From: Octopus sinensis
Lineage: Eukaryota
Direction of reading: 5' to 3'
Length of the DNA: 64,000 nucleotides
NCBI RefSeq assembly: GCF_006345805.1
Contig: NC_042997.1
Location: forward strand, 56,792,001 to 56,856,000
This document shows, in pieces, positions 1 through 11,272 of the stretch. The position numbers and the translations under genes were made by a program. Numbering within the stretch: the stretch's first letter is position 1; every line of letters starts with the position of its first letter. Below the pieces are notes generated by a model. That model was not told the origin of the DNA, did not search any database, and saw only the letters and a list, made by a program, of their open reading frames with translations.

Positions 1-878
1 TAGTTAGTCTTCCTTTGACATTACTACATCTCTTATGTGTCCATAGCTTATATTTGGTGCATCTTATAGAGTTTCTACCTACGCCTTTTCTACAGATCGA
101 GCAGGGCCATCTACCTGAAGTCGTTTGTGATTGGTCTACCTTCCTACTTATTAGGAATTTGGTTTTGGCTAGGTTGATTCTAAGGCCCTTCGATTCTAAA
201 CCTTGCTTCCATACCTGAAATTTCTCCTCTAGTTCTGATAGAGACTCAGCAATTAGAGCAAGGTCATCAGCATAGAGGAGCTCCCAGGGGCATCCTGTCT
301 TGAATTCCTCCGTTATTGCTTGGAGGACTATGATAAATAGGAGGGGACTGAGGACTAAACCTTGGTGGACTCCAACCTCTACCCTGAATTCTTCACTGTA
401 CTCGTTGCCAACCCTCACCTTACTAGCAGCGTCTCTGTACATGGCTTGTACAGCTCTCACTAACCATTCATCTATCCCTAGTTTCCTCATTGACCACCAG
501 ATAAGGGATCGGGGGACCCTGTCGAAGGCTTTCTCCATATCAACAAAAGCCAGGTATAGGGGCTTGTCTTTGGCTAGGTATTTCTCCTGCAGCTGTCTTA
601 CCAGGAAAATAGCATCAGTAGTACTTTTCCCTGGCACGAACCCAAACTGCATTTGATCTAGGCTAACTCTCTCTCTAATTAGTTGGGCTATAACCCTCTC
701 CGTAACCTTCATTACCTGATCCAGCAGCTTCATACTCCTGTAGTTATTTGTATCTAGGGCGTCACCTTTACCTTTGTAGCAGTTGACTATTATGCTGCTA
801 CACCAGTCATTGGGAATGACTCCTTCGTGTATCACCTGGTTAACTATACTGGTGACTAGGCTATAGCCGACACAACCA
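1..878 (-). mobile_element. RTE-clade LINE reverse transcriptase region; 5'-truncated, frame open to the window edge
   Basis: Manual translation of the minus strand reads ...QMQFGFVPGKSTTDAIFLVRQLQEKY...FVDMEKAFDRVP...GVHQGLVLSPLLF...LLYADDLAL...WPCSICRKGVGRNSIRC. No stop seen between about 878 and 1. The 5' end abuts (TA)n. Confidence 0.93.
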
Positions 879-900
879 GATATTTATATGTATATATATA

Positions 901-1060
901 TGAAGAGCGTAGGCTCGAAACGTTAAAGACTTGTTTTATTTATATTTCCTGAGCGCCATACTAATACAATTGTTTGTTTGTATTCCACCTGCCTTCGTCT
1001 TTTGTTTATTTCCGTAAACCTGCCTTCGTCTTTTGTCTATTTTCATAAAGCTTCCCATTA
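901..1060 (+). repeat. PLE-type terminal repeat remnant with a truncated hammerhead-like core
   Basis: TGA-A-GAGC-GTAG-GCTC-GAAACGTT followed by TCCTGAGCG (947-955). A similar sequence occurs at 22246-22330. Confidence 0.5.
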
Positions 1061-1224
<164 letters not shown>

Positions 1225-1436
1225 AAGGTAAGAACTAAGGATCAAGGTATAGGAAGTTGGTAAGCTTTGAGCAGTCCGTAGAAGGTTTAAAAATAACTTC
1301 CAGGAACAATAGTGGTTTATTGATGTAGAAGATTATAAATTCTTCCAGTACCAAAGTTTGGTAAGCTGAAAAAATTGTTTCATAGCTTATGGTTACCAGG
1401 TGGGGTTGCTGTGTATGCAAATATAAATCCAAGATT

Positions 1437-1690
1437 AGAGAATGGAGTAGATAAAATCCAGTCTACATAGCAGAACCTTGGAAGTAGTATTTATCCAAAT
1501 GAGGGGTAATCCGTTAGCTACTCGTTGGGCCCAAAATACCTTAATCAAAAGAAGTTTACATTATTGTTAAGAGATCCCATGTTGACTTCTGTGAATAGCT
1601 TGTGGATTATTCCTCATTTGGATAATTACTATTTCCAAGGTTCTGCTAGCTATGAAACATGTAGCCTGGATTTTATCTACTCCATTCTCT
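1437..1690. repeat. Inverted repeat (arms 1437-1512 and 1604-1690), probably in a decayed PLE fragment
   Basis: AGAGAATGGAGTAGATAAAATCCAG...ATCCAAATGAGGGGTAATCC is mirrored by GGATTATTCCTCATTTGGAT...CTGGATTTTATCTACTCCATTCTCT. The right arm has an 11-nt insertion. The PLE assignment is weak. Confidence 0.85.
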
Positions 1691-1968
1691 ACTTTTGGAC
1701 ATATATATATATATATATATGGTAAGTATGCGTGAATGCGCACATGTGTGTGTAAAGTTAAATTGTTCTCATAGTATTTCTACCAAGTTACTGTTGGGAT
1801 ATCTGAATGCTTGTTCTCAGTCATCTCTACTTACCTCAATCTTAATAGATTTTGCTTTTTATTCCTGCTCAGTTTTATAAATATTTATAGTGTGTTGATA
1901 CTAGTATGCATGTGTGTGTGTGTGTGCATGTGTGTTGAATATAATATACATTATGTATATTGCATATA

Positions 1969-2025
<57 letters not shown>

Positions 2026-2096
2026 TTCACTAACACACATACGCGCACACACATATAATCACACATATACATTTATAAACATTCATGCATACATAC

Positions 2097-2170
<74 letters not shown>

Positions 2171-2277
2171 ATATATATACATATATATATATATATTGAG
2201 AGACAGACAGACAGTCAGACAGATAGACAGATAGATAGAAAGGCAGATTAGCAGGCAGGTAGACAGACAGATAAACA

Positions 2278-2367
<90 letters not shown>

Positions 2368-2374
2368 ACACACA

Positions 2375-2405
<31 letters not shown>

Positions 2406-3139
2406 AACGTTACACACATACACACAGACATAAAAAGAGAATTCCTGTTAACTATAATGAGATCAGATAAACTTAAGGCAGAGAGAAATTCTATGCAGTG
2501 TTTAGTGAAGAAGAATGTGTGAAGGATGAAACTATCAGTGTGGCTGGTTGCAAATACTCAGACACACAACCATAATGTCAGCTAGACAAGGGCATCGCTT
2601 TTTGTTTTGAAGTTCTCTGCTAGAGAACAAGAAAGAAAATTACCAGAACTTTTAGAAATATTTGAACTTGGACTACGTTGCTTGTGCTATATTTAGGTTA
2701 CAATTCTAGCTAACACAATAGTTGTACACACACACATACACATGCACATACACACACACACATACACACATACACATGCACATACACAGACATGCACATG
2801 CACATACACAGACACACACATACATACACATACATGTACACATACATGCACACACACACATGCACAAATAGACACACTCTGAGACACACATATTACAAAG
2901 AATGAAAGGAAGAAAGAGAGAATGATTATGTTTGCAACTATTATGAATATGTGAATGTGTGTATATCTGTGAATGTATTTATGTGTGTGGTTAAATACGT
3001 GTGTGTGTGCTTATGTGTGTATGTATAAGTATATATATATGTGTGTGTATGTATATATATGTATATATATATATATGGCATATGTACACACATATATATG
3101 TATATAGATATATATTATATATATCAATATACATATTGA

Positions 3140-4235
3140 TACATGCCACAATTAGGTCGACCACATTTTATCACTTTTGGTTCTGTTGTTAATGGATATA
3201 GTGTTGTGCTGGTTAATATTTTTTTCAATGATCTAGGTTGCATTTTGCATTTGATAATTTTGTATGAGCTTAAAATTTTGTTCATTGTTTTATCTCCTGT
3301 GAGGATGGGAAGATTTTGGGTGATAATGTTGAAGGCCTCGTTGTTTCTAGGGTTATGTGTGGAGATGTACAGGAGTATTATTAAGTCTGGTTTAGTATTT
3401 CAGTTGATTTCCCTTAATGTTCGTATATCTATTTCCATAGTTCATTTAATGCCATTATTTATTAATGATATTGAGTAATGTCTTTTGATTACCATTAATC
3501 TGAGTTCAAGGAGTTTTCGTTCACGAGTAGAGGTGTCTGAAACTATGGTACAGATTCTTTTCACTAGATTGTAAGGTATATTAATTTTTACATGTTTAGG
3601 GTGGGATGAGTTGAATAATAGATATCGTTTAGAATCTGTGGGTTTATAAAAGATGTCTGTTTCAATGTGGTTATTGACTATTTTAATTAGGATATCAAGA
3701 AAAGGGAGTTGTTTACTGCTGTGCTCCATGGTGAATTGTATGTTGCTAATAATATTGTTAAGCATTATTTTGAAATCGAGGAGCTTGTCCAATCTGTCTT
3801 TCCAAAGTATAAAGCAATTATCCAAATACCTCTTCCAGTTCTCCTTTAAATAGTAATGAAATGAGATGCCATATTTTTGTAGTGATGATTGATATAACTT
3901 ATGCTCTAGGTAACCCATTACAAGGTTCGCAATCACTGGAGCAGCTCAGGTTCCCATTGCAATTGCACATTTTTGTTGATAGTAAACTGTATCAAACATG
4001 AAATAGTTGTTCAGTAGGATGAATTTGAGAGCTGCAATTATGAATCTGTGGTTAATGAATCCTGGGATCTCTTCTGGGTATTTTTCTAGCCAGAAGGGGA
4101 TCGCTTCTATACCTTAGTTGTGTGGGATATTGGTATACAAATTCACCACATCAAATGATACTAACAAGGTTCCTTCATTTATTGTCTTCAGGAGTGGTTC
4201 AGCATTTCAAAGTCATCCCTGATGAAGCTTTTCAC

Positions 4236-4240
<5 letters not shown>
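3140..4240 (-). mobile_element. Penelope-like retroelement RT and thumb, decayed
   Basis: LVSFDVVNLYTNIP...AMGT*AAPVIANLVMGYLE...WKRYLDNCFILW...LPFLDI...KPTDSKRYL..SSHP, ending in the linker KVIKCGRPNC. Contains in-frame stops and YLDN in place of YxDD. Confidence 0.92.
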
Positions 4241-4322
<82 letters not shown>

Positions 4323-4434
4323 CTATATATAAAATCTTACTTAAACCATTTACCATTTCTAAAATATGTGAAAAGCTTCATCAGGATGACTTTGAAATGC
4401 TGAACCATCTCCTGAAGAATGGTTTAAGTAAGAT

Positions 4435-4435
<1 letters not shown>
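4185..4435. repeat. Double fold-back (4185-4239/4364-4418 and 4333-4350/4418-4435) at the 5' truncation of the PLE
   Basis: The first arms are about 55 bp, differ by 2 indels and encode YVKSFIRDDFEMLNH. The second arms are an 18-bp perfect inverted pair. Confidence 0.9.
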
Positions 4436-4468
<33 letters not shown>

Positions 4469-4854
4469 CTTGATATATGTGTGTGTGTGTATATCTAAAA
4501 GGAGTGTCAATGGAAAAGAGAAGGAAAGAAAGAAGAAAAAATGTGTTTATATCTATACAACTGGTCAGTTCTTTCAATAGAAAGCGATGAGTTGATTCTT
4601 GGCTTTTAAAAAAGGCAAAACCAGGCGGCTATTCTAATGGGGGGGGGGTCTTGTTTTGATAAAAGTTATTTTTCAAAAAATTGTCTGGATATATTATCAT
4701 CCTCATCATCATTGTCCATTGAGAGAGAGTGTGTGTGTTTGTGTCTGTATGTGCATGCGTGTGTGGGTGCGTGCATGTATGTGCATGTGTGTGTGTGTGC
4801 CTGTGTACCTGAAAGAAGTGTCAATGGAAAAGAGAGGGAAAGAAAGAATACTAT

Positions 4855-5175
4855 TAATATTTTGTGAACATCCCTTTACTACTAATGAACTCCTGACTTC
4901 TGTTACCACAAGACTGAATTAATTTCTTGCAAAATGATGAATATTGTTCCATTCGTTTTTCAATAATTCCCAGAGTTCATCTTGATTCTTTGGATTTCTC
5001 CTTCGCGTCCCCTCTCCAGTAACCTTCCAAACGTTTTCTATAGTGTTGAAATTGGAACTTTGAGGTGGGCCAGTCCATGAGATAAACCCCTTCATCACTC
5101 AAAAAATCATTGACTCTCTTCGCAGTGTGACAAGTAGCATTGTCCTGCATGAAGATAAGAGGTTGAACTGATGAG
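4855..5175 (-). mobile_element. Tc1-like transposase C-terminal fragment
   Basis: Manual translation: IFMQDNATCHTAKRVNDFL...DWP.QSSNFNTIENVWK...NPKNQDELWELLKNEWNNI. Confidence 0.85.
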
Positions 5176-5179
5176 GATC

Positions 5180-5597
5180 GGAGATATGGAAGGGTATGCT
5201 GTCATCCCTGGCCATAGGGATGATGCTATTGTTGCTGGTGGTGATGTGGGTACCATTGGTGATATGGGTGTCATTGGTAATGTTGGGCATGAGTCAGTAG
5301 CCTCGCTGATGCTGCTCATGTCAGCATGGTCATCTCTGGCTGTTGAGCAGGTACTGTAGTCGTTGGCATCATTGCTGGTGTTTTTGCCACTGTCACTGAT
5401 GTTGTTGAATGATTAATTGTTGCTATTAATGTGATTTCTGGCCCTGGGTATCACCACGACCTCATAGATGACTCCCTCAGCCTCACATTTGCCTCCCATT
5501 GGACAGTCATTGTACACCCAGCAAGAGCAACCTGCCTCTTCCAGTATTTTATAGGTGTTAGATAATATACTTTTCATGTTGGGTGAACAACTCTGAG
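5180..5597 (-). mobile_element. Penelope-like (Neptune/Naiad-type) linker and GIY-YIG fragment, decayed
   Basis: SCSPNMKSIL...CSCWVYNDCPMGGKCEAEGVIYEVVV, then a low-complexity N/S/D/T/P stretch, then a possible degenerate YIG-like GMTAYP. Confidence 0.6.
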
Positions 5598-5970
5598 AGA
5601 AACCATGGTCCAGGAGATAGATGGTAATTGTTTTTATTTTTCATTCCCTTCAAAGTTTATCCCTAACAGTGGTTTGGATTTTGGCTGTTCCTTCTAGCGT
5701 ACCAGGAATCCTATGATGGATACCTCTTATGTGTTTAAATATACACTATATTTATATGAATAATATATAGTCTATTGACTAATTTTTCTACACGCTAGGC
5801 TACTAGTAGCAAAAAATTTCTAAAATTTTTATTATCCTGATATTATTAATTATTGATAATTTTTTCTGGAAAATTTTTGAAGTAACGCCAGCATTATTTT
5901 ATTTGCGCAGTGGATTTGAAAAATTATTATGTATAAGCATGAGGCACATGCTGGAATGCATCATACTTAT

Positions 5971-6070
5971 GTTTAATCTAGGCGTAGCTGTTGATGAAGA
6001 CTTCACCTAGCAAATTATTCTATTTGCTAAAAAAAGTCAGAAACCATGGTCCAGGAGATAGATGGTAAAT
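5971..6070 (+). ncRNA. Putative type I hammerhead ribozyme, junction copy 1
   Basis: Stem I CUG/CAG extended by AUCUA/UAGAU; core UUGAUGA-A; stem II GACUU/AAGUC capped by an 8-bp hairpin UAGCAAAU/AUUUGCUA; A-GAAA; palindromic stem III ACCAUGGU; GUC at 6049-6051. Confidence 0.6.
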
Positions 6071-6411
6071 GTTTTTATTTTTCATTCCCATCGAAGTTTA
6101 TCCCTAATAGTGGTTTGGATTTTGGCTGTTCCTTCTAGCGTACCAGGAATCCTATGATGGATACCTCTTATGTGTTTAAATATACACTATATTTATATGA
6201 ATAATATATAGTCTATTGACTAATTTTTCTACACGCTAGGCTACTAGTAGCAAAAAATTTCTAAAATTTTTATTATCCTGATATTATTAATTATTGATAA
6301 TTTTTTCTGGAAAATTTTTGAAGTAACGCCAGCATTATTTTATTTGCGCAGTGGATTTGAAAAATTATTATGTATAAGCATGAGGCACATGCTGGAATGC
6401 ATCATACTTAT

Positions 6412-6511
6412 GTTTAATCTAGGCGTAGCTGTTGATGAAGACTTCACCTAGCAAATTATTCTATTTGCTAAAAAAAGTCAGAAACCATGGTCCAGGAGAT
6501 AGATGGTAAAT
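6412..6511 (+). ncRNA. Putative type I hammerhead ribozyme, junction copy 2
   Basis: Identical to copy 1, shifted by 441 bp; GUC at 6490-6492. Confidence 0.6.
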
Positions 6512-6629
6512 GTTTTTATTTTTCATTCCCATCGAAGTTTATCCCTAATAGTGGTTTGGATTTTGGCTGTTTCTTCTAGCGTACCAGAATCCTATGACAG
6601 ATACCTCTTATATGTTTAAATGTACACTG

Positions 6630-6691
<62 letters not shown>

Positions 6692-6693
6692 CA

Positions 6694-6862
6694 GGCGAAG
6701 GAGTGGCTGTGTGGTAAGTAGCTTGCTTACTAACCATGTGGTTCCGGGTTCAGTCCCATTGTGTGGCACCTTGGGCAAGTGTCTTCTACTACAGTCTCAG
6801 GCCAACCAAAGCCTTGTGAGTGGATTTGGTCGACGGAAACTGAAAGAAGCCTGTCGTATATA
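6694..6862 (+). mobile_element. tRNA-derived SINE family A, 5' half
   Basis: TGGCTGTGTGG A-box-like and GGTTCAGTCCC B-box-like motifs; matches the 5' half of 21378-21787. Confidence 0.85.
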
Positions 6863-6867
6863 TGTAT

Positions 6868-7790
6868 TTCATCATCATCATCATCATCGTTTAGCGTCCG
6901 CTTTCCATGCTAGCATGGGTTGGATGGTTCAACTGGGGTCTGGGAAGCCAGAAGGCTGCATCAAGCCCAGTCTGATCTGGCAATGTTTCTACGGCTGGAT
7001 GCCCTTCCTAACGCCAACCACTCCATGAGTGTAGTGGGTGCTTTTTACGTGCCACCGGCACAGGTGCCAGACGAGTCTAGCAAACGGCCACAATCGGATG
7101 GTGCTTTTTATGTGCCACCGGCACGGGGGCCAGGCGAGGCTGGCAATGGCCACGAACGGATGGTGCTTTTTACGTGCCACCGGCACGAGGTCAGTCGGGG
7201 CAGCGCTGGCAACGGCCACGTTCGGATGGTTCTCTTACATGCCACCAGCACTGGTATCTCAGCTGCAATTTCCATTGATCAATTTCGATTCTGATTCTCA
7301 CTTGCCTCAACAGGTCTTCACAAGTAGAGTTTTGTGTCCCAAGAAGGGAAGGTATGCATAAGTGGACTGGCTACACCTCGTGTAGAAGGCCACGGGTTAT
7401 GGTCTCACTTGTCCTGCTGGGTCTTCTCACGCACAACATACTTCCAGAGGTCTCAGTCTCTAGTAATTTCCTTGGTGAGACCTAAAGTTCGAAGGTCGTG
7501 CTTCACCACCTCGTCCCAGGTTTTCCTGGGTCTGCCTCTTCCACAGGTTCCCTCAACCGCTAGGGTGTGGCACTTTTTCACACAACTATCTTCATCCATT
7601 CTCGCCACATGACCATACCAGTGCAAATGTCTCTCTTGCACACCACAACTGATGCTTCTTAGGTCCAGCTTTTCTCTCAAGGTACTTACACTCTGTCGAG
7701 TATGAACACTGACATTACACATCCATCAGAGCATACTGGCTTCATTTCTTGCGAGCTTACACATATCCTCAGCAGTCACGGCCCATGTTT
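6868..7790 (-). mobile_element. RTE LINE 3' end with 3' UTR and (GAT)n tail
   Basis: ORF 7453-7722 (HWYGHVARMDEDSCVKKC...GRGRPRKTWDEVV). The UTR has four units of about 60 bp (GTGCTTTTTACGTGCCACCGGCAC...). (CAT)n on the plus strand at about 6868-6887. Confidence 0.9.
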
Positions 7791-7985
7791 CACTGCCATG
7801 TAGCATGGCTGTTATATATATATATACAACTAGGTTCTGTCAGTTTCTGTCTATCAAATCCGCTCAGAGGGCCTGAAGCTATAGTAGAAGTCATTTGGCC
7901 AAGGTACAGTGGTACTTAACTTGGAACCATATGGTTGAGAAACAATCTTCTTACCATACAACCACACCTGCACCTCTCTGTGTGT

Positions 7986-8058
<73 letters not shown>

Positions 8059-8060
<2 letters not shown>

Positions 8061-8910
8061 CAGGATGCGGTGAATAAACTGTTGTCTAAATTATGCAAAA
8101 ATTAAAATATCACTGACATCTCATTTTAACAGATATATTTACCAAAATTACATACAAATGTCTTGAAATAATAAAGAGTAAATTTATTCAATAAAATCAT
8201 TATCGGTTTCAGTTACAGCCTCCAGACAACTTTGGAATCTCACTCAACTCTCCTGGATAGCTTCCTTGTTTAAGTTGGTGAATGCTGCCATAATCCTTGC
8301 CATCAGTTTGTCTTAGGTGTTACAAAGAGTTTTGTTGGTCTCTTGCTCAACTGCACCCTGCACATAGTAATCAACGGGGTTGCAGTCTGGGGGAGTTAGG
8401 TGCCAGATGTTAGGGGTGGTCTGGTCACAGAAATTGTTTGACCGCCATGACTAGGTTCTCCTGCTTGTGTGGTATGGTGCAGAGTCTTGTTGCCAGACAT
8501 AGGGTTTTCCAGCAGCCACCCTCTTGAAGAGCAGCACTTCCTCCTCCAGGCACTTGATGTAGGCCTCCATGTTGAGTCTGAGGCCATGTAGGAAGATGAA
8601 TGGAGGCATAATGTTGCCATCATTTGTGATCACTTCAAACACCATGATGTTGACTGGATGTTTGATTTTTATCACTCTTGGTACATGTCTTCAGATTGCA
8701 CTGTATTGGAGCTTCAGGCATGAATTCAAAGCAGTACAGATTGTCGTTTCCAAATTTCTGGCAGAGTGAATTAACTCATGGTGCTCTTTTTCTCATAGAC
8801 AGTGCCCAACTGATCCGACAATACTGTGTAGTTGACAAAATCAAAAACAAACATTGAGCATGTGTGAAATAAAAAACATAAAATGGTGAAAATTTACCCA
8901 TCACACCCTG
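8059..8910 (-). mobile_element. DD37D (maT/mori-type) IS630-Tc1-mariner element, internally deleted
   Basis: VWQQDSAPYH...PDCNPVDYY with 37 positions between the two Asp (one is a stop). Imperfect TIRs CAGGATGCGGTGAATAAA / CAGGGTGTGATGGGTAAA flanked by TA. Confidence 0.88.
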
Positions 8911-9466
8911 TATATATATGTATGTATGTATGTATGTATCTGACAATTTATTAATGTCTGCTGCCTATCATGAGTCCTTACATACTTAGCATGAAGAACT
9001 GGATGTAATACACACACACACACACACACACACACATTTATTCACACATATATGTATATGCAGGCACTTACTACAAGTAAGGTCACAGAGCAGGTAACAA
9101 ACATTAATAAATTAAATTGTCAAATATTAATCAATCAACTTTAATCACCATGAAATAATTCACAGCAGATTTCTCATACTATATTTAAAGTGATATGCAA
9201 CTTATGTAAATTTGTATAACTGGTTATGACCATCACATTTTCAGTAAATATAGAAAATAACAAGTATTCAAAACAATAAAGTTTGCTTTACTTCTAAGAC
9301 AATCAGACAATCACTGTCTCTTGCTGTACTACATATTCAAATGTTCTAATTATGTTTGTACCTTTACAACGTTGAAGTTATTTCTGCTCACAAGCTGATT
9401 TACAATTTTTAATCACATTTGACTTTTCTTCGTAGGACAGCTTAGAAAAGCCTTTAAGAGACTCAC

Positions 9467-9574
9467 CAACAGCATGCAAAAAGACAAAAATTTTGAAATA
9501 TAATATATCTCTGCTAGTTAGCTCAGTCACCGGAGACAAACTATCTAACTGTTGACTATAAACTATCAACCCTT
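9467..9574 (-). CDS. Candidate internal coding exon of an unidentified host gene (108 nt, phase 1-1)
   Basis: Acceptor ATCTTTTCATTCTTTAACTCTTCAG, donor TTG/GTGAGT, open frame xGLIVYSQQLDSLSPVTELTSRDILYFKIFVFLHAV(G). The product was not recognised. Confidence 0.5.
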
Positions 9575-10234
9575 CTGAAGAGTTAAAGAATGAAAAGATG
9601 TTATGTTTTATGTTTGTATTTGTTTTGCAAGTTTCTTGAAATCATGCATTGAAACAGATGTATTTTGGGTGAGCCAATAAGCATAAGCTCTATTTTGCTT
9701 CTTTTTTTTTTTATTATAATTAGTCAAGTAGCAGACAGTAAACTAGCAGAAGCACTAATGCATCAGGGAAAATACTTCACAAAATCCTTTAGGCTCCTTA
9801 CATTCAGAGTTTAAATCCCACTAGGGTCAATAAAATAAATACCAATTGATCACTGGGGCTGATGCAATCAACTTCCCCCTCCCCTCAAAATCGCTGGCCT
9901 TATGCAAAAATTAGAAAGACTCATTAGTCAGCTAGTTAACCAGTTAGCTAATTAATTGCTTGGTCAAATTTACTTTAAACAGTAGCTCTTACTCTACTAA
10001 TTCAGATCTTTCCACTCCGCCACTAATAACTCAGAGATCTCCTATCTAAATAATGTGTTAATTGAATAATGAGAAAGGTTTGAATTAACTAAGTTAATTA
10101 TCTGCAGCTCATCTCAAATTTACTCATTAAAACACTCAATGTCATTGAAAACCAAATAATGACTTTTATAAAGCTGGTAGTTAATGAACTTTATAAAACT
10201 GGTAATAAAACTTTATAAATATTCTTTTCTACTC

Positions 10235-10425
10235 TAGGCACAACGCTCCCAAAATTTTGGGGAAGGGGCCACTTGATTTGATTGACCTCAGTATGCAACT
10301 GGTACTTATTTTATTGACCCTGAAAAGATGAAAAGCAAAGTTGACCTTGGCAGAATTTGAACTCAGAACATAAAGGCAGATGAAATATAATGCAATAAGG
10401 TGGACATGCAAACACAATATTATAT
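10235..10425 (-). mobile_element. SINE family B, decayed (related pieces at about 9800-9920, 19110-19280 and 20850-20990)
   Basis: Shares GAGTTCAAATTCTGCC.AGGTC.ACTTTGC and AATAAGTACCAG with 36149-36375. Confidence 0.7.
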
Positions 10426-10566
10426 CTTTTTATGATGTCTGTCTGCTAATGACAGCAAAGGAAAGAGGAAATCACATTCTGTATTGATATGTTGCTCCAA
10501 GAAAAATAGATCTGTGACTTTGTTTAGTTGTTGTTGGTTTTATTTAAATATCAATGAGATATTTAC

Positions 10567-11236
10567 CTTTTGTTAAATGTGAGGGTTTAATCTTAGAGTT
10601 CAGTCCACTGTTTTAACCTTTGTAATTAGGTGCTTTTACTTAGTATGTTAGCTTTTAGGGAATTGGTATTTAATGATTCACAAACAATGTAGGTAGGTGG
10701 TAAGGTTTAGTTAGTTGGCAGGTTAGTGCTATTTATGGTTTTTCAACTATTTATATTGACTATCACTTAAGCATGTCATGGTGATATTAGAATGGAAAAT
10801 TTATTAATCAAATATTTTATTGTTCACAAGAATATGTTGGTAAGTTTAAAAGTTGTTGGTCAAAATATTTGTTTTAAAGAATCATTATTCTAGAAAATGT
10901 TTGGTTGCTAAGGAAGTGAAGTTTGTAGACTGTTTTTACAAATGTTTCTTATATTTGGTTTTAAGCATGGATGTTTTTTATATATTATCTGTACTCATTA
11001 GAATCTGCAAAAAGTGGGCCCTATAAAAAGTGGGTAAGAAACTCTAAGCCAAGTTATTCATCTATTCTCCTTGCATCTGTATATTTTTTGTAGGTGTGTG
11101 GACTAATATTGGGAGATTTTGTGAGAATTTATTTTTTGAAAATTTGTGAACTTGTAGGTAATTTCTGCCTATAGAAGTAATATCAGTTTTTATGTATATT
11201 ATTATGGAGGTAGCTAGTGGTGAAGGTGTATGTGTG

Positions 11237-11272
<36 letters not shown>

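Larger units (their letters stand above)
5598..6640 (+). repeat. Tandem repeat, 441-bp unit, about 2.35 copies
   Basis: AGAAACCATGGTCCAGGAGATAGATGG starts at 5598, 6039 and 6480. The units are near-identical and the third ends in (TA)n. Confidence 0.97.

Noticed and set aside
300-656. Plus-strand ORFs over TE coding regions (also 3143-3478, 3653-3853, 7334-7612, 63643-63954)
   Set aside because: They are antisense shadows of RT or integrase frames.
4219-4232. CTGATGAAG as a hammerhead core
   Set aside because: It is the antisense of RT coding sequence and has no stem II or GAAA partner.
5598-6640. CRISPR-like or satellite interpretation of the repeated blocks (also 58162-58652)
   Set aside because: Eukaryotic context, long contiguous units with no unique spacers, and no cas genes.
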